Source of the DNA: a virus
Lineage: Duplodnaviria > Heunggongvirae > Uroviricota > Caudoviricetes
DNA: 41,265 nucleotides
Direction: 5' to 3' (one strand)
Virus record (IMG/VR): IMGVR_UViG_2521172717_000006
Shown here piece by piece: positions 9,780-22,253 of the stretch (its first letter is position 1; every line of letters starts with the position of its first letter). The notes beneath the pieces were generated by a model. It was given only the letters and a program-made list of their open reading frames with translations, was not told the DNA's origin and did not search any database. A program made the translations under genes and the position numbers.

Positions 9780-10627
9780 CACTGCTCCGCGATTATCTTG
9801 ATGGTTGTGGCAGTAAACGCCGCACCATTTGACTGGATGGTTAACGTACTGCCATTTGTGGCAAGAAAGCCGTCTTTATCCACGCTGAAAAACGTAGCTA
9901 ACAGGATGTTATCGGTTGTTGTCGCTGCATTACGACTGCTGACCAACGTGTCAGGAACAGAGCCGGAAAAGGTTAGCTGCATTGACCTGTTGGCGGTTCC
10001 GCTGGGCCACGTCCCGACGATCGACAGCTTGAAGAACAAGGTTTTGTTCTCGTTGAACACAACCATCTTGTTGTTAACAGTGTCGAAGAATGGTGCCAAC
10101 GTCCCAGATGACGGCGTGAGCGTTTTCAGCAGGATAACAAGGTTGGTCGGCGCTGTCGGGATGGTTACAGATACGCCAGAGTAAACAACCTCTGACTTCT
10201 TGCGAGTAGTGGCATACTCCAGAGCATCAATGCGCGATTCATGGTCTGAAACCTGCGATTCCAGCGACTGAACTCTGGTATCAAGCGACGCAATATCGCT
10301 TTCATTCTGAGCGATTCGCGTTTCATGTTCCTGGAGAGTTGATTCTGCCTGGCTGATTCGCTCCTCATGATTAACAAGCGTTGCTTCCGCAGCAGAAATT
10401 CGCTGCTCATGGTCAGCGAGAATCACATCCTGCTCATCGTTCCTGACCTGTGCATCATAAGCGCCCTGTCCGGCCTCGTTGGCCTTGTTAGCCACGTTAC
10501 CAACATCAGTGCTCTGTGCGATAACGTAAAGCAGATACGACTGCGAGAAGATATTGCGTGGAAGGACTGATGTGTCGAGCCGTGTAGCCTGAATGATTAC
10601 CGGCACATTGAGATTCGAATCCGCCAT
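9779..10627 (-). CDS. Tail needle protein (P22 gp26-like) with extended C-terminal knob
   Basis: N-terminus [38 protein letters not shown] matches P22 gp26; heptad coiled-coil middle; 282 aa suggests Sf6/HK620-type knob. Confidence 0.85.
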   Translation of the reverse strand: MADSNLNVPVIIQATRLDTSVLPRNIFSQSYLLYVIAQSTDVGNVANKANEAGQGAYDAQVRNDEQDVILADHEQRISAAEATLVNHEERISQAESTLQEHETRIAQNESDIASLDTRVQSLESQVSDHESRIDALEYATTRKKSEVVYSGVSVTIPTAPTNLVILLKTLTPSSGTLAPFFDTVNNKMVVFNENKTLFFKLSIVGTWPSGTANRSMQLTFSGSVPDTLVSSRNAATTTDNILLATFFSVDKDGFLATNGSTLTIQSNGAAFTATTIKIIAEQ

Positions 10628-12045
10628 TACTCAATCCTTATCTGAGCGCCAGACAGAGTGACAGGTGACTTCGTGATAACGCGCAATTTGAAGCCGACAT
10701 TTTTCCTGATACGCCCGACTCGCTTCCACAAAACACGTTTGTCATAAACGAACGGTTCATTCTGCTCAATCATCTGCTCACGACCGTAATTTATGCCGTC
10801 AGTGGTTGCAGAGAGGAACAGGCGGTCAGCATACTGAGCAACGCCAGTTGACGATTCAACCTCAAGGTCGAACACTCTGGCGTTATCCGCTTTGAACAGC
10901 GGAGTAAACAGAAGATGTTCCTGTTGCTTGTCGTACTGGCTGCTGATATCGAACTGCAGTTTCCCTGTTATCGATTCAAGCTTATCGCCGCACGTTATTT
11001 GGTTGCCTTCGTAAATGAAGTCGATAGCGCGGTACACATCGTCATACAGGCCTGTTTTCAGCACACACCATTGCGGACCATTGGCGCTTGAAGATGCGTC
11101 GTACACCAGAACATGGCGCGGAAGATGGATAATCAGCAACTCATGCGCATCAAACCGCAGCGATTCCATCACGCCATCAGCCAGTTCATCAGCAGTGTAG
11201 GAGCGGAGAATTTTCTCAATGCTCGCGCTGGCGATTGGTGATACCTGACCGGAACCGATGATGTATACAGACGGCGCACCTGTTGCCGGATTGCTGATGA
11301 ACGCATAAGAATCAGCGAATGGCGTTTTGCAGTAAGTTCCGGCGATGCCTTTTTGCACCATCAGTGATGGCTGCGCGACATACAAAGCAGCACCAACGGT
11401 GGTTGCGCCAGTAAGGGAGAAATATTCAATAGTCGATGAACCAAAGCAGACGATGAAGTCTCGCCATGTCCCGATACCGATGATGCCGTCCGGCTGAGAC
11501 TCGGCACGATATTGTGCGCTGTAGCGGTCAGGGTGCGATTCGTCTTCAAGGTCAGTGATAAACCATGAATCAGTACCGTCTTTTGACCACGCATAACGCC
11601 CACGTAAACGCGTAATGTCACGGACCGAACCTAACTCGTACTGTGTGAATCCGCTGTCTGTAGGCCAGTTTGAGACGGTTTTAACCGTGCCATCATAGCG
11701 ATACTCAACCAGTTGACCATTAACTCCTACAGCCTGTGATGTCCGGCCATGCGCCATTGATACACGACCACTTCCGGCGACATCACCGACTTCGCTTTCG
11801 CCTTTGTAGAGCTTGCCGCCACACACACGATAAACAGCATTCTGCGCCATGTTGTACTCGACACCGCGCGATATACCGTTCACATCAGAACGTTTGGTAA
11901 TGCCAGGGAATGAGCGAAGATATCCGCTGCTGTTCAGGATTTCTTTGGGTGTAGCCAGCATATTCACTGGCAGATAGTCGATATAGTCGGCATTTCGGAA
12001 GTCTTTGCCGACACCTTTCATGAGCGGAAGTTGCTGAATCGGCAT
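10627..12045 (-). CDS. Tail hub protein (P22 gp10-like)
   Basis: 472 aa, the P22 gp10 length as remembered; synteny between gp4 and gp26. Confidence 0.85.
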   Translation of the reverse strand: MPIQQLPLMKGVGKDFRNADYIDYLPVNMLATPKEILNSSGYLRSFPGITKRSDVNGISRGVEYNMAQNAVYRVCGGKLYKGESEVGDVAGSGRVSMAHGRTSQAVGVNGQLVEYRYDGTVKTVSNWPTDSGFTQYELGSVRDITRLRGRYAWSKDGTDSWFITDLEDESHPDRYSAQYRAESQPDGIIGIGTWRDFIVCFGSSTIEYFSLTGATTVGAALYVAQPSLMVQKGIAGTYCKTPFADSYAFISNPATGAPSVYIIGSGQVSPIASASIEKILRSYTADELADGVMESLRFDAHELLIIHLPRHVLVYDASSSANGPQWCVLKTGLYDDVYRAIDFIYEGNQITCGDKLESITGKLQFDISSQYDKQQEHLLFTPLFKADNARVFDLEVESSTGVAQYADRLFLSATTDGINYGREQMIEQNEPFVYDKRVLWKRVGRIRKNVGFKLRVITKSPVTLSGAQIRIE

Positions 12046-12522
12046 TATTCGCTCCCGTTATCGCAAGGTTCCTTTCGCTGGAAGTAATTCCAACCGTTCC
12101 ACTTCGCCAACTGATTACCGCTACCAACAGGCATACGGTTTGGATAACCGGACTTACATTTAGCGGCTTTTGCTCTGTCCATTGCAGACAGTTTGACGAG
12201 TCGCTCTTTCCCGTATCTGGCAGTGGTTATAAGTTTTGTAGACGCTTCCAGCGCATAATCCGGAGCAATGCGGCAGGCAAGGTTGAAAATGACGGCATTG
12301 ATAGCGTTATTTGATAAACCGTGCTCATCGCCCGGATCTGGAGCGACATCTGCATCAGCGAAAATGTAGCCAACGTTGATACCTGGTGACGCATCACCGC
12401 CAAGCCATTCAGCCATCATCATTTCAAGGTCGTTGACGCCGTCTTCCATAGACTGCGGTTCGACATCGGTTAACGTGGCATTTGATGCCACACCGAGCTT
12501 ACGTAATGCCGCAAGAACTAAA

Positions 12523-12545
<23 letters not shown>
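12045..12545 (-). CDS. Head-to-tail adaptor (P22 gp4-like), 166 aa
   Basis: Internal start [32 protein letters not shown] matches remembered P22 gp4 N-terminus; the longer track ORF N-terminus is out-of-frame readthrough of the upstream repeat. Confidence 0.85.
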
Positions 12546-12777
<232 letters not shown>

Positions 12778-12790
12778 GCTTGTCTCCAGA

Positions 12791-12813
12791 TAAAAAAGGG
12801 AGCCGAAGCTCCC
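12791..12813 (-). terminator. Rho-independent terminator downstream of coat gene
   Basis: Minus-strand GGGAGC-ttcg-GCTCCC hairpin followed by TTTTTTA. Confidence 0.6.
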
Positions 12814-12821
12814 TCTGGTTA

Positions 12822-14117
12822 TCACGCAGTCTGGTTAGGCAGACCAACACCAATTGCCTCTGGTCGTACAGCACATGCTGAATACCACACAGCAATACGG
12901 CACTTACCAGACAGGGTGTTGATATCTCCCTGCGTTGCGAAGATGCCGTTAACACCAATACCAGGAATGCTGAAGGAAGACGTTTTCATGCCAGCAAACA
13001 GTTCATGGGTTACCGGGATCGGCTGAGACAGCAGACGGATTGAGTCATCAGCCCAGAACACGTTAGCGGTGGTTGTTGCCACGTTCAGAACGTTTACCGG
13101 AGTGGTATCAGCAAGAGAGGTGTTTACGTTAGCGTAAGCCTTCTCTTCTTTTGTCAGTGAAGCGTCATCAAGCGCAATCGGCTTCGGCGTGATTTCTATG
13201 TGAGTACCATCGATCACACGGGTGATTGAGAAAGTAGCATCATCAGTCAGCACGTTCTTCGCCATCTGAGACAGGAATTTCACACCAGTGAAGCTGATTT
13301 TGTCGCCGCGCTTAAATCCGGTGGTTGAGGATACGGTCACCGTTGCAACACGGTTGTCGACGTTCTCTTTGTTACCATCGGTATCAAGGGTGTATGCCTG
13401 CGGCTTAAACTTCTGCGCACCAGAAACAGTTACACCAGTAGCGGTTGACTTGGTAACTGCCGGAAGTTTCGGTGAGCGAAGAATTTCATCAAAGCCAGCA
13501 ATCTGACGCTGAATAGTACCGTTACGATACGCTTCTTCAGGAACGCGCCCAAAGATGTCACCATCTACCAGGTTGCGGCCTGCTTTGCGGTAATCGTCAG
13601 GGTTCAGGAAGTAACTGATTCCCATGTCGCGGTTGAGTTCGCGGGAGAACATCAGTCGCTCTGCATCAGACACAAAATCCCAGCCAGACAGGCCAGTAGA
13701 TGGACCAATTGCGCGGGTATCGTGAACAACAAGTGAGCCCATTTCGGTTGCCTGTTTGGCAATTGCTGACTCAATGTTATTCGCCAATTTTTTGGCGGAT
13801 GCCTGGATGCGGCGACGGTAAGAACGCTCATCACGCAGGTCATCTGCACGAAGCTCGAAGAAATCGTTATCCGGATCGCCCATGTTGCATTTCACGGAGA
13901 GTTCCAGAATCCCGGTTGCTTTGCCAGTTAAATCCCAGCCAGTCTGGGTTGGCGCTTCCTGCTCAACAGGCATCCACACGGTGTTGCTTGAACGCTGCAT
14001 GGATTCTGCCGGAGGGGTGTATTTTGTCACTTTGGACGCCATTGGCGTCAGGTTCTGGACGGTTTCGATGATTTCATCCAGAGCATACGTGACCAGTTGA
14101 CCTTCATTTAATGCCAT
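12822..14117 (-). CDS. Major coat protein (P22 gp5-like)
   Basis: [54 protein letters not shown] closely matches remembered P22 coat; 431 aa. Confidence 0.95.
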   Translation of the reverse strand: MALNEGQLVTYALDEIIETVQNLTPMASKVTKYTPPAESMQRSSNTVWMPVEQEAPTQTGWDLTGKATGILELSVKCNMGDPDNDFFELRADDLRDERSYRRRIQASAKKLANNIESAIAKQATEMGSLVVHDTRAIGPSTGLSGWDFVSDAERLMFSRELNRDMGISYFLNPDDYRKAGRNLVDGDIFGRVPEEAYRNGTIQRQIAGFDEILRSPKLPAVTKSTATGVTVSGAQKFKPQAYTLDTDGNKENVDNRVATVTVSSTTGFKRGDKISFTGVKFLSQMAKNVLTDDATFSITRVIDGTHIEITPKPIALDDASLTKEEKAYANVNTSLADTTPVNVLNVATTTANVFWADDSIRLLSQPIPVTHELFAGMKTSSFSIPGIGVNGIFATQGDINTLSGKCRIAVWYSACAVRPEAIGVGLPNQTA

Positions 14118-15028
14118 TATCGAATTCCTTTATTCAGTTGCGCCTTGAGCTTGCGGTATGTCTCTACATCCCCTTTGTTTGCTGCCGCTTCCATCTGCTT
14201 TTCAATCGCAGAGATATTTGCAGCAACAGCGTGTCCCTGAATGGGTTCATCAGGTAACGGGGCTTCTGAAACAGGCTTGGCTCGAGGCTTGAGAGTTAAA
14301 CGTTCTGACAGTCGAGTGAGTTCAATCAGCGCGGATTGCCCGTCCATCGCCAGCAACTGGCGTGTTTTCTCAGGATTAGCACCAAGGTGATACATGAGAG
14401 CAGCGGATTTCTCCGGGAAGAGACGCATGATATCGGCACCGACTGCTGGCGGCACCAGTTGCATGAATGCATCCTCTTTCTCCTGATAGTCAGGGATGTT
14501 GAGCTTTTCCGCTGCGTCGTAGTGCTTACGGGCTGCCTCGACGTATTGCGCTGATTGCTGGGTGAACTCCTGAGTTTTTCGCCCCTGCTCGGCGACAGCC
14601 TGGCTTCGTGCGTCCATAGCCTTGATCTGCCATTCACTGTTTGCCTGCTGGAAGGCAGCCAGTGCGCGGCTCTGGTCATAGTCGTACTTAGCCAGTGCGT
14701 CTTCGGAAAGATAATCGTTAGGGTCTGGTTGTTTTGGTAACTCAGGACTCACCCGCAGGTGCTCCGGCAACTCTCCACGCTTAACCGCTTCCATCTGCTG
14801 CTCAAGCTCACGCTGGCGTTTGCGTTCGATGCGGCGACGGGCAAATTCAGCATTAGTTGCCGGGTCTTGTTTTGGTTTCTCATCGTCTTTCAGGACAATC
14901 TCGAAGCCTTCTTCCTGACCTGCGTTGTCGTTGGCATTATCGACAACTAAGCCATCAGCAGATGCCGCTGCATGATTGCCGGGCAGGGTTAATTCTTCAG
15001 AAGCCTGAATGTCGGTGGTTTGGTCCAT
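14117..15028 (-). CDS. Scaffolding protein (P22 gp8-like)
   Basis: 303 aa, acidic helical protein immediately upstream of coat gene with overlapping stop/start. Confidence 0.85.
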   Translation of the reverse strand: MDQTTDIQASEELTLPGNHAAASADGLVVDNANDNAGQEEGFEIVLKDDEKPKQDPATNAEFARRRIERKRQRELEQQMEAVKRGELPEHLRVSPELPKQPDPNDYLSEDALAKYDYDQSRALAAFQQANSEWQIKAMDARSQAVAEQGRKTQEFTQQSAQYVEAARKHYDAAEKLNIPDYQEKEDAFMQLVPPAVGADIMRLFPEKSAALMYHLGANPEKTRQLLAMDGQSALIELTRLSERLTLKPRAKPVSEAPLPDEPIQGHAVAANISAIEKQMEAAANKGDVETYRKLKAQLNKGIR

Positions 15029-15041
15029 GATTAACTCTCTC

Positions 15042-17207
15042 TTATTGAGGTGTCTCGGCTACTCCGCCGGAGGGGATTTGAACTTGACGCATAAGATTCG
15101 CGAAATCCATGCGTTGTGAATGAGTCTGGTCTGCATCTTTAAGAAGCAGCTCAGCGTTAGCACGAGCATCTTTGCTGCGCTGTTGCTGGAATTGACCTAC
15201 GAGCTTGAGGTACTCACGCAGTTCTGCCTGCTTGTCGAGGTCCATATTGTTGAAGATTTCTGCAATCTTCGCGGCGTTGAGTTGGTTTTGGGCTTCAACC
15301 TTGGCGGCTTCAACCTGAATCTGCGCCTGTTGGTTCTCTGCCTTGAGCAATTCAGCCTGACCTTGCAGAAGGATACCCTGCGCCTGAATTTGCTCTGCTG
15401 ATGGCTGCTGCGGCTGTTGTTGTGCCTGCTGTACCATCTCCATCTCTTCAGGTGTTTCTGGTTTCTTCAGCCCCATCATCACCAGTTGCTTGTTCGCGTA
15501 CTCTCGCATCATCTCAACGCCTTTACCGTCAAGCAGCGTGAAGTATTGCAGCATCAGCATCTGGAACTCTGGAGTACCTTGAGGAACCTTGGTGAGTAAC
15601 TCCTGAATCTCTGCGCGGTTCTGTTCCTTCATGCTCTGGAAGGATGGCCCAACGTCCGTATAGCACTCATAGCGACCGCGAATGTCGTTGAGTGTGACCA
15701 CGTTGCCGGACTGGTAATCGACAACTTGCGCATAGAGTTGAACGTCTTTCTCGCTTCCATCTTCAAGTGTCAGCGTTACATGACGAGGAACGTCATAAAT
15801 ATCGTTGACCATTGAGGCATAAATCTCGCCATCACGTCGCATTGCGGTAGCCAGGTTATCCTGAAACACGTATGTCTCAAGGTCTGCCCGCATGTTCAGT
15901 TGATTGACGGTATCGAAAGCGACCTGAGAGCTTGCTGCCTGCGCATCCACGCCAAGACTAGCCACCTCTTTCACTGCGTTGGTGGCAGCCTCAAGCATGT
16001 AAGCGTTGGCTTGCGGCACTTCAGGGTTTTCCATGTAGGAGATTGGACCAATCGGCAGGTCGTTACCGTTTTCATCGGTCCTGTTCTGCAGATAGTACGG
16101 ATAGTCATCATTTCCACCGTACATGTATTCGTAGCCTTCGATTTGCTCAGGGAAGAAGGTCGGTTTCTTCTTCGGTGAACGAGCAACAATATCGGCGTTG
16201 AATGACATGATCATGTTACGAAGGCGTTGACCGTCTTTCGTCAGCCTTACCACTCCTTCGTAGCACTCCTTGTCACCAGCGAATGACCATTCGCCATACA
16301 CTGGAACGATTGGAATATGCTCTCCGGCTATCTTCTCGCGGTCTTTCAGTATCTGCGTGCAGGTGATGATCGACTTATACACACGCCGACGCTTCACCTT
16401 GCGCTCTGCTACCTTAATGAATCCACGATTAGCCAGGTCGTCGATGACGTCTTTGATATCCTGCTGGTAATAGCTGACCGGCTCACCTGTCAGCGGGTCG
16501 CGGTAGATGAAGACTTTCTCCTTCTTCTCTTCTACCTCGTAATACTCAGCGACGTAGACGACATCATTCGATACCCACGGAAACAGCCATGTGTCGTTCG
16601 GATTCTGGAAAGATGGCAGGGTGTCAGGATCAATACCGTAATCCTCTGCGAACTCTTTCCAGCCATTGCGTGACAAAGCGTTAATCACCGTGCAGTGCTT
16701 AGCGTCGCTCTTATCCATCTGCTTGCTGTTGGCGTCCCATATGACGTGTGAGCAGGCTTCATGGATTGGCAGGCGTCGGATTACCTGATTGTTGCTTGTT
16801 GGATCGTTGTCTTCGTACTGCGTGACCAGACGCCATGCACCAACGCCGGACTCTATCTGCTCACGAACGCCAACGTTAACGGCAATCTTTGCCGTGTTAT
16901 GGCGCATATCAGTACGGTACATCCCCATCAGCACATCAGCAGCATCAGGATTAGCTCCGTCTTTTGGTCTGAATAGAACGTCGATAGGGTTCCGGCGCAT
17001 CTCTGCGACCAGTTTCCTGACCACCGGGCGAACAACATCGAATTGTCCGCGATATTGCAGGGTGGTGTAGTTTGATAGCCAGTCATCCCATTGCGACACT
17101 CGGCTAAAATACAGGTCATTTGTCGCCTCGGTTCTGGCTTCATCGCTCGCCATCCAGTCCGCGTCAAACTTACACAGAATGGAATTGAGTCTGTTTTCGT
17201 CGGCCAT
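15042..17207 (-). CDS. Portal protein (P22 gp1-like)
   Basis: 721 aa; synteny between terminase large subunit and scaffold; Gln-rich C-terminal tail typical of P22 portal barrel. Confidence 0.9.
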   Translation of the reverse strand: MADENRLNSILCKFDADWMASDEARTEATNDLYFSRVSQWDDWLSNYTTLQYRGQFDVVRPVVRKLVAEMRRNPIDVLFRPKDGANPDAADVLMGMYRTDMRHNTAKIAVNVGVREQIESGVGAWRLVTQYEDNDPTSNNQVIRRLPIHEACSHVIWDANSKQMDKSDAKHCTVINALSRNGWKEFAEDYGIDPDTLPSFQNPNDTWLFPWVSNDVVYVAEYYEVEEKKEKVFIYRDPLTGEPVSYYQQDIKDVIDDLANRGFIKVAERKVKRRRVYKSIITCTQILKDREKIAGEHIPIVPVYGEWSFAGDKECYEGVVRLTKDGQRLRNMIMSFNADIVARSPKKKPTFFPEQIEGYEYMYGGNDDYPYYLQNRTDENGNDLPIGPISYMENPEVPQANAYMLEAATNAVKEVASLGVDAQAASSQVAFDTVNQLNMRADLETYVFQDNLATAMRRDGEIYASMVNDIYDVPRHVTLTLEDGSEKDVQLYAQVVDYQSGNVVTLNDIRGRYECYTDVGPSFQSMKEQNRAEIQELLTKVPQGTPEFQMLMLQYFTLLDGKGVEMMREYANKQLVMMGLKKPETPEEMEMVQQAQQQPQQPSAEQIQAQGILLQGQAELLKAENQQAQIQVEAAKVEAQNQLNAAKIAEIFNNMDLDKQAELREYLKLVGQFQQQRSKDARANAELLLKDADQTHSQRMDFANLMRQVQIPSGGVAETPQ

Positions 17208-18707
17208 TTAAGTTCTCCGTGCGATGGGCCTGATTGGGGCTGGTATCTTTTTCTCTTTTGGTTTTTTGATGTCGCGCATCATTTTGGCGAAGCGGCGCAT
17301 CATGTATGCATAGCGAACGGCTGATAGCACGTCGTCGTTAAGCTTGACGATCTTCCCGTTTTCATCACGGTGATAGAGGCGAAACTCCTCAAAGAATGGC
17401 TCACAGGTGTTGAATACTTTGAAGCGACCATCAAGCATCATGTCGCGCAATTCAGTGATTCCAGGCTCAACAGCATTACCGCCATCAGGCCATGTCGCAT
17501 GCTCCTGCAACATCATAAATCCAGCGTCTGCATACTGCCCTTTGAGCTGCTCACCGCCGCCCTTCTCGTGCTGGTTTCCGTCATGAGGCCATGCTGTTGG
17601 CACTTTATGCGCCCATGATTTAACGGCTCCCCACGCCTGAACGGCTGTTTTTTCTTTCGCCTTCCACACGCGTGAAACGTAGATTGTGTCTGCGTCTTTA
17701 TCCCACCAAAGCTGAACCTGCGCCTGCGGGTGATCCCATCCGAAATCCATCCCGCCAATTACGTAGAAGTGATCAGGACACTCGAACGGCTGACACTTAA
17801 TCGTCTCTTCCGGTATCTGGAAGATTCGACCACTACCCATCGTAGGAATACCGCGAGCTCGAGCCTCTCTCTCATGCTCTGGATAGGATGCGATGATTTG
17901 CTCTTTCTGCTCGTCGGTATAGTGCTCAGCGTCATAGATGGTCATGTTGACCACTTTCTGCGACTTGCTGGGATTCTTCAGGAACTTGGTAACAACGTCA
18001 GACATCCCCATCAGCGGGGTAAACGTCAGGATTGAGAATTGCCCGTATTTGTTGGTACGGGTAAGCCCTTCGCCATAAATGCTGTATGGTGGTTCTTCGT
18101 CAAACCACACGCCGTGGATTGTGTCACCCTGCCAGCGAGCGCGGCCTTGCGAGTATGGTTTGAAGTAGCAGATTGAAATGCCATCTTCAACGCCATCAGC
18201 CGTGTGATGCTTAACCAGAAGATGATCAACAAGGTTCGGAAAGAAAGGAGACTTCTTCCAGCTAATGATGTCTTCTTTAGGTATGGAACCGTAGCCTGGC
18301 TCATCATTCTCTTCGATACGACCACACAGGATGCGTTGAGTCGTTTTGGTTACAGTCTCGTTTGTCTCGCCGCCAATCCAGAAGACAACAGGCTCATAGA
18401 AACGCTTACCTTTCCACTCCCCACCATATTTACCATCAGCCGGATAGCCTTTTGTGCCCGGATAACGCCCGGTAAGGTGAAACGCGACTTCAGCAGCACC
18501 AGTAAATGACTTACCAAGCTGGTTACCAGCCATAAAACATCGCTCTGGATAGTCATGTCCGGCGTCGATGAACTCACGCTGTTTGCTGTATGGCGTAAAT
18601 TCATATAGCAGGTGTGTGTTCCGGTAGTTCTCTTCTTCTTCGAGTAGCTCGAGCAACTCGATTTGCTCTTCGTCGCTCAGGTTATCAAGAATCGCGTCCA
18701 GTTCCAC
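17208..18707 (-). CDS. terL: Terminase large subunit (P22 gp2-like)
   Basis: 499 aa; N-terminus [37 protein letters not shown] resembles P22 gp2; GTG start. Confidence 0.9.
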   Translation of the reverse strand: MELDAILDNLSDEEQIELLELLEEEENYRNTHLLYEFTPYSKQREFIDAGHDYPERCFMAGNQLGKSFTGAAEVAFHLTGRYPGTKGYPADGKYGGEWKGKRFYEPVVFWIGGETNETVTKTTQRILCGRIEENDEPGYGSIPKEDIISWKKSPFFPNLVDHLLVKHHTADGVEDGISICYFKPYSQGRARWQGDTIHGVWFDEEPPYSIYGEGLTRTNKYGQFSILTFTPLMGMSDVVTKFLKNPSKSQKVVNMTIYDAEHYTDEQKEQIIASYPEHEREARARGIPTMGSGRIFQIPEETIKCQPFECPDHFYVIGGMDFGWDHPQAQVQLWWDKDADTIYVSRVWKAKEKTAVQAWGAVKSWAHKVPTAWPHDGNQHEKGGGEQLKGQYADAGFMMLQEHATWPDGGNAVEPGITELRDMMLDGRFKVFNTCEPFFEEFRLYHRDENGKIVKLNDDVLSAVRYAYMMRRFAKMMRDIKKPKEKKIPAPIRPIARRT

Positions 18708-19173
18708 GGTTGAATAGCTCCTTGATACGAGAGCGTCGCTTATCGCGATCTCCCTTATCAGGTGTCACGTCTTCAACTTGCGACTGCTCTTTGAGGCCCA
18801 AATCACGGGCGATGATGTTAGCGTTGAGAAGGTCAGCGGCAGCGCCAGAGAATTTCTGGTCGTAGATGATGTCTTCCGCTCGTGATGTGACGTCAGAAAA
18901 ACCTTCCATTGACCGGAAGGTTCCCCATGTTTGCCTGGTGATATCAAGGAAGGTGCACAATCCTGAAATAGTCATGGCTCGCATCTTAGGGACATTAGCC
19001 TTAATTATTTTTCCCTGATATGAAAATACCTTACCCTCCCATAGCGGGTTATCATCAGCCCACTCGAAGTATTCACAACAAGCAGCCCACAGCGCCTCAG
19101 GCGATTCGAATTTAGGATTTCGCCCATGACTACTGCGGGCCTCCCAAAATCGGTTGCCCTTTGGTGCTGCCAT
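18685..19173 (-). CDS. terS: Terminase small subunit (P22 gp3-like)
   Basis: 162 aa, immediately upstream of and overlapping terL; the P22 gp3 length as remembered. Confidence 0.8.
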   Translation of the reverse strand: MAAPKGNRFWEARSSHGRNPKFESPEALWAACCEYFEWADDNPLWEGKVFSYQGKIIKANVPKMRAMTISGLCTFLDITRQTWGTFRSMEGFSDVTSRAEDIIYDQKFSGAAADLLNANIIARDLGLKEQSQVEDVTPDKGDRDKRRSRIKELFNRGTGRDS

Positions 19174-19252
19174 ATTGATTATTTCCCTTCTGCTTGCTTA
19201 TCCCATTCATCGCGGAATTTGGATGGGTTGTCGAAACCTTGAGTTGCCATGT

Positions 19253-19495
19253 TTACGCTCCGGTAGTGAACAGGTCTAACGATTCCTTCGATTTACGCAC
19301 CGCTTCGATAGTGCGGGTCGTGATATCCGAATTAGCGCCGCCTGACTGGAAGTGAATTTTGAATAGCTCAAGCTTCAGCTCGTCAGTACCAATGAACTGA
19401 AATGCTTCCTCTGCGGCTGCGTTCTGGTTCATGACCAGTTTGTAAATCTCTAACTGGAATTTCTGTTCTTCAGTCATGGGAATAATCTCTGCCAT
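19253..19495 (-). CDS. Hypothetical protein, 80 aa
   Basis: ATG with GGAG RBS; lies between moron gene and terminase small subunit. Confidence 0.5.
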   Translation of the reverse strand: MAEIIPMTEEQKFQLEIYKLVMNQNAAAEEAFQFIGTDELKLELFKIHFQSGGANSDITTRTIEAVRKSKESLDLFTTGA

Positions 19496-19743
19496 TGTTG
19501 GCTCCGTTTATCCGTTAAAAGGGATATCAGTTAAGTTATCCCGTGTAGGGTATAAGCCATTGTCGAGACCACTCATTGAATGGTCTCTGCAATAACCGAT
19601 GTCTTTCCATCAGTCCGCCACCACAAAGAATCTTTTTTTGCCATAAGGCAGGAGGTTCATCTTTCAGTGGCTGCCAGTGTTATTTCCCCACTTACTGGCT
19701 TGGGTTGTTTCGCGGTACTGCCGTTAATTGGTGAGTCCTGGGA

Positions 19744-20229
19744 TTATTTCAGTTCGTTACCAGGCATTTCTTTTAGCTCTTTCAAATGACAACGATTGAG
19801 ACTAAACCACTCCCCGTGCGACCTATAGTTGTAATATTTTTGGTGCAATTTGGTTTCAAGCTCTCTATCGGCCGGAATCTTTGCAATTAGATTTAGCTTC
19901 CCACCACTCATGCGAGATATCTCTGAAATCCGTTTATTAACCCTGCGACTAAACCCTATTTTTGTTAGCCCACTATCTTCAGCATGCAGAACGTACACAT
20001 ATGATTTTTGCGAAGCACTGGGTGCGACTTTGTTGTAATTAATCATGTCAAACATGAAGCCTTGCTTTAGCAAAGTTTCAAAAAAGATAGAATTAACACA
20101 CCCATTCCTTCTCAGCTCTGCACTTAGCTTGTCAATTTCCTCTATGATGTCGCCAGACCCCTTTCCACTTATAAGAAAATCTTGGTACATGCGACCAATT
20201 CTTGAGGTAATTTCAACAAAGTTATTCAT
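19744..20229 (-). CDS. T5orf172 (GIY-YIG-like) domain protein with unknown N-terminal domain; moron
   Basis: C-terminal half YVYVLHAEDSGLTKIGFSRRVNKRISEISRM...LETKLHQKYYNYRSHGEWFSL fits the T5orf172 pattern (YVY...KIG...R...E..LH...R...GEWF); AAGG RBS; AT-rich; occupies lambda bor-position after Rz. Confidence 0.7.
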   Translation of the reverse strand: MNNFVEITSRIGRMYQDFLISGKGSGDIIEEIDKLSAELRRNGCVNSIFFETLLKQGFMFDMINYNKVAPSASQKSYVYVLHAEDSGLTKIGFSRRVNKRISEISRMSGGKLNLIAKIPADRELETKLHQKYYNYRSHGEWFSLNRCHLKELKEMPGNELK

Positions 20230-20372
20230 AGCGTTTACCTTTTAGAAAGATGAGCCTGTTCGCACAGAAAAGCCGCCCCGAGATGGTCGCCACCATATAC
20301 GGCAGTTCTCAGGCTCAGCTTTCTGAAAGACTCGGGATTGTTACGCGCTGCGATGCGCGGTTTACTGCAGAT

Positions 20373-20398
20373 GTAAAAAAGCCCCGCGAATGCGAGGC
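20373..20398 (-). terminator. Putative rho-independent terminator between Rz and moron gene
   Basis: Minus-strand GCCTCGC-attc-GCGGGGC hairpin (one G-U pair) followed by TTTTTTA. Confidence 0.45.
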
Positions 20399-20572
20399 TA
20401 AATCCTGGTGTTTGTGATGACTGGCTCTTATCTCAACGCAGCCCCTTACCGCGCGCCAGATGCTCAATATCAAGCATCAGCAATGAGATGTTTAATCTGG
20501 ATTCACTCCAGAAGTGATCACCACCCTGTCTACAGAGCCAGATGTGAAGGATGATGAGTAAAATTATCGCTA

Positions 20573-21040
20573 TCATCGAAGGCATTGCGTCCTGATGTAT
20601 TCCTGAAGCGTTCTCAGTGATGTTTGGTCGCGTATAATTCCGTCCCGGACACCGAGAACGTTTCGTCCAGCAACTGGAGAGAGCTCGACGGTGGCATCAT
20701 TGCCCATGCCGGAGGCGCCGGAGGTTTCGGCTGAGGATGGCACAGGGCATTTTCCTTTGACGAGCACCCTGCCACCATTATCAAGCTTGCGCCGAAGAGC
20801 ATCATTTTCAGCTTTTGCATCAGCTAACTCCTTCGTGTATTTAGCATCGAGTGCATCAGCAGCACGCTGGCGTTGCTGCATGTCAGTAATGGTGGCGGTC
20901 GCCTGCTTCAGCTCACTGACTTTTTTATCGCGCTGCTCTTTGTAGGTAATGGCGTTATCACGGTAATGATTAACCGCCCATGACAGGCAGACGATGATGC
21001 AGATAACCAGAGCGGAGATAATCGCGGTTAATCTGCTCAT
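20573..21040 (-). CDS. Rz: Rz i-spanin
   Basis: [34 protein letters not shown] nearly identical to remembered lambda Rz N-terminus. Confidence 0.9.
   Translation of the reverse strand: MSRLTAIISALVICIIVCLSWAVNHYRDNAITYKEQRDKKVSELKQATATITDMQQRQRAADALDAKYTKELADAKAENDALRRKLDNGGRVLVKGKCPVPSSAETSGASGMGNDATVELSPVAGRNVLGVRDGIIRDQTSLRTLQEYIRTQCLR
20614..20820 (-). CDS. Rz1: Rz1 o-spanin lipoprotein embedded in Rz in alternate frame
   Basis: [21 protein letters not shown] lipobox and proline-rich [16 protein letters not shown] like lambda Rz1. Confidence 0.75.
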   Translation of the reverse strand: MQKLKMMLFGASLIMVAGCSSKENALCHPQPKPPAPPAWAMMPPSSSLQLLDETFSVSGTELYATKHH

Positions 21041-21513
21041 ACCTCAATCTCTCTTACCGTTCCGCCAGCTTCTTTGAATTTTGCAATCAGGCTGTCAGCC
21101 TTATGCTCGAACTGACCGTAACCAGCCCCCGGCAGTGAAGCCCAGATATTGCTGCAACGGTCGATAGCCTGACGGATATCACCGCGATCAATCATCGGTA
21201 AAGCGCCACGCTCTTTAATCTGTTGCAATGCCACAGCGTCCTGGCTTTTCGGAGAGAAGTCTTTCAGGCCAAGCTGCTTACGATAGGCATCCCACCAACG
21301 GGAAAGAAGCTGGTAACGTCCGGCTGCTGTTGATTTTAGTTTGGGGTTTAGCGTGACAAGTTTGCGAGGGTGATCGGAGTAATCAGTGAATAGCTCTCCG
21401 CCAACAATGACGTCATAACCATGATTTCTGGTTTTCTGTCGTCCGTTATCTGTTCCCTCTGACCACGCCAGCATATCGAGGAACGCCTTACGTTGATTAT
21501 TGATTTCCACCAT
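21037..21513 (-). CDS. R: Endolysin, lambda R-type lytic transglycosylase
   Basis: [53 protein letters not shown] essentially lambda R from memory. Confidence 0.95.
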   Translation of the reverse strand: MVEINNQRKAFLDMLAWSEGTDNGRQKTRNHGYDVIVGGELFTDYSDHPRKLVTLNPKLKSTAAGRYQLLSRWWDAYRKQLGLKDFSPKSQDAVALQQIKERGALPMIDRGDIRQAIDRCSNIWASLPGAGYGQFEHKADSLIAKFKEAGGTVREIEV

Positions 21514-21820
21514 CTTCTACTCCGGCTTTTTTAGCAGCGAAGCGTTTGATAAGCGAACCAATCGAGTCAGTACCGATGTAGCCGATGAACACGCTCGTTA
21601 TATAAGCGAGATTGCTACTTAGTCCGGCGAAGTCGAGAAGGTCACGAATGAACCAGGCGATAATGGCGCACATCGTTGCGTCGATTACTGTTTTTGTAAA
21701 CGCACCGCCATTATATCTGCCGCGAAGGTACGCCATTGCAAACGCAAGGATTGCCCCGATGCCTTGTTCCTTTGCCGCGAGAATGGCGGCTAACAGGTCA
21801 TGTTTTTCTGGCATCTTCAT
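21497..21820 (-). CDS. S: Holin, lambda S-type with dual start (MKM)
   Basis: [67 protein letters not shown] matches lambda S; 107 aa. Confidence 0.95.
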   Translation of the reverse strand: MKMPEKHDLLAAILAAKEQGIGAILAFAMAYLRGRYNGGAFTKTVIDATMCAIIAWFIRDLLDFAGLSSNLAYITSVFIGYIGTDSIGSLIKRFAAKKAGVEDGGNQ

Positions 21821-22111
21821 GTCTTACCCCCAATAAGGGGATTTGCTCTATTTAATTAGGAATAAGGTCGATTACTGATAGAACAAATCCAGGCTACTGT
21901 GTTTAGTAATCAGATTTGTTCGTGACCGATATGCACGGGCAAAACGGCAGGAGGTTGTTAGCGCAACCTCATGCCACCCGCTTTCACGAAGCCAGCCATT
22001 GCGCTGGTTTTCTTTTATGCAAAGCACACCGCACCGTAGCCACAGCGGATAAGGTGATTATTTTTGTCTGTCTGGTATTTGGTTTGATGTGCTTTCAGAA
22101 AGGTCGTGATT

Positions 22112-22147
22112 AAAACGCAAAAAGCCCCGAGCTATTAACTCAGGGCT
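22112..22147 (-). terminator. tR'-like terminator of short late leader transcript
   Basis: Minus-strand AGCCCTGAG-ttaatag-CTCGGGGCT hairpin followed by T-run, downstream of pR'-like promoter. Confidence 0.6.
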
Positions 22148-22182
22148 TTATTTAACGAGTGCATTTATCCATCGTTGGGTCA

Positions 22183-22211
22183 AATTTACCCAACTTTATT
22201 CAAAAAGTCAA
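22183..22211 (-). promoter_or_regulatory. Late promoter pR'-like (-35 TTGACT, 17-nt spacer, -10 TAAATT) with adjacent qut region
   Basis: Hexamers read on minus strand between Q stop and S start; arrangement as in lambda pR'. Confidence 0.6.
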
Positions 22212-22253
22212 TATCATGCCGTAAAGATGTTGCCATCCGTGGCAATCATGCTG

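Noticed and set aside
13288-14100. Plus-strand ORFs antisense to coat and scaffold genes (for example 13700..14071)
   Set aside because: They lie entirely antisense within highly conserved structural genes, with Cys/Arg/Pro-rich translations typical of out-of-frame reading of GC-rich codons.
20250-20420. 56-aa plus-strand ORF (MSLFAQKSRP...) in the Rz-to-moron intergenic region
   Set aside because: No convincing Shine-Dalgarno sequence and it spans the terminator hairpin; more likely a chance ORF in structured non-coding DNA.
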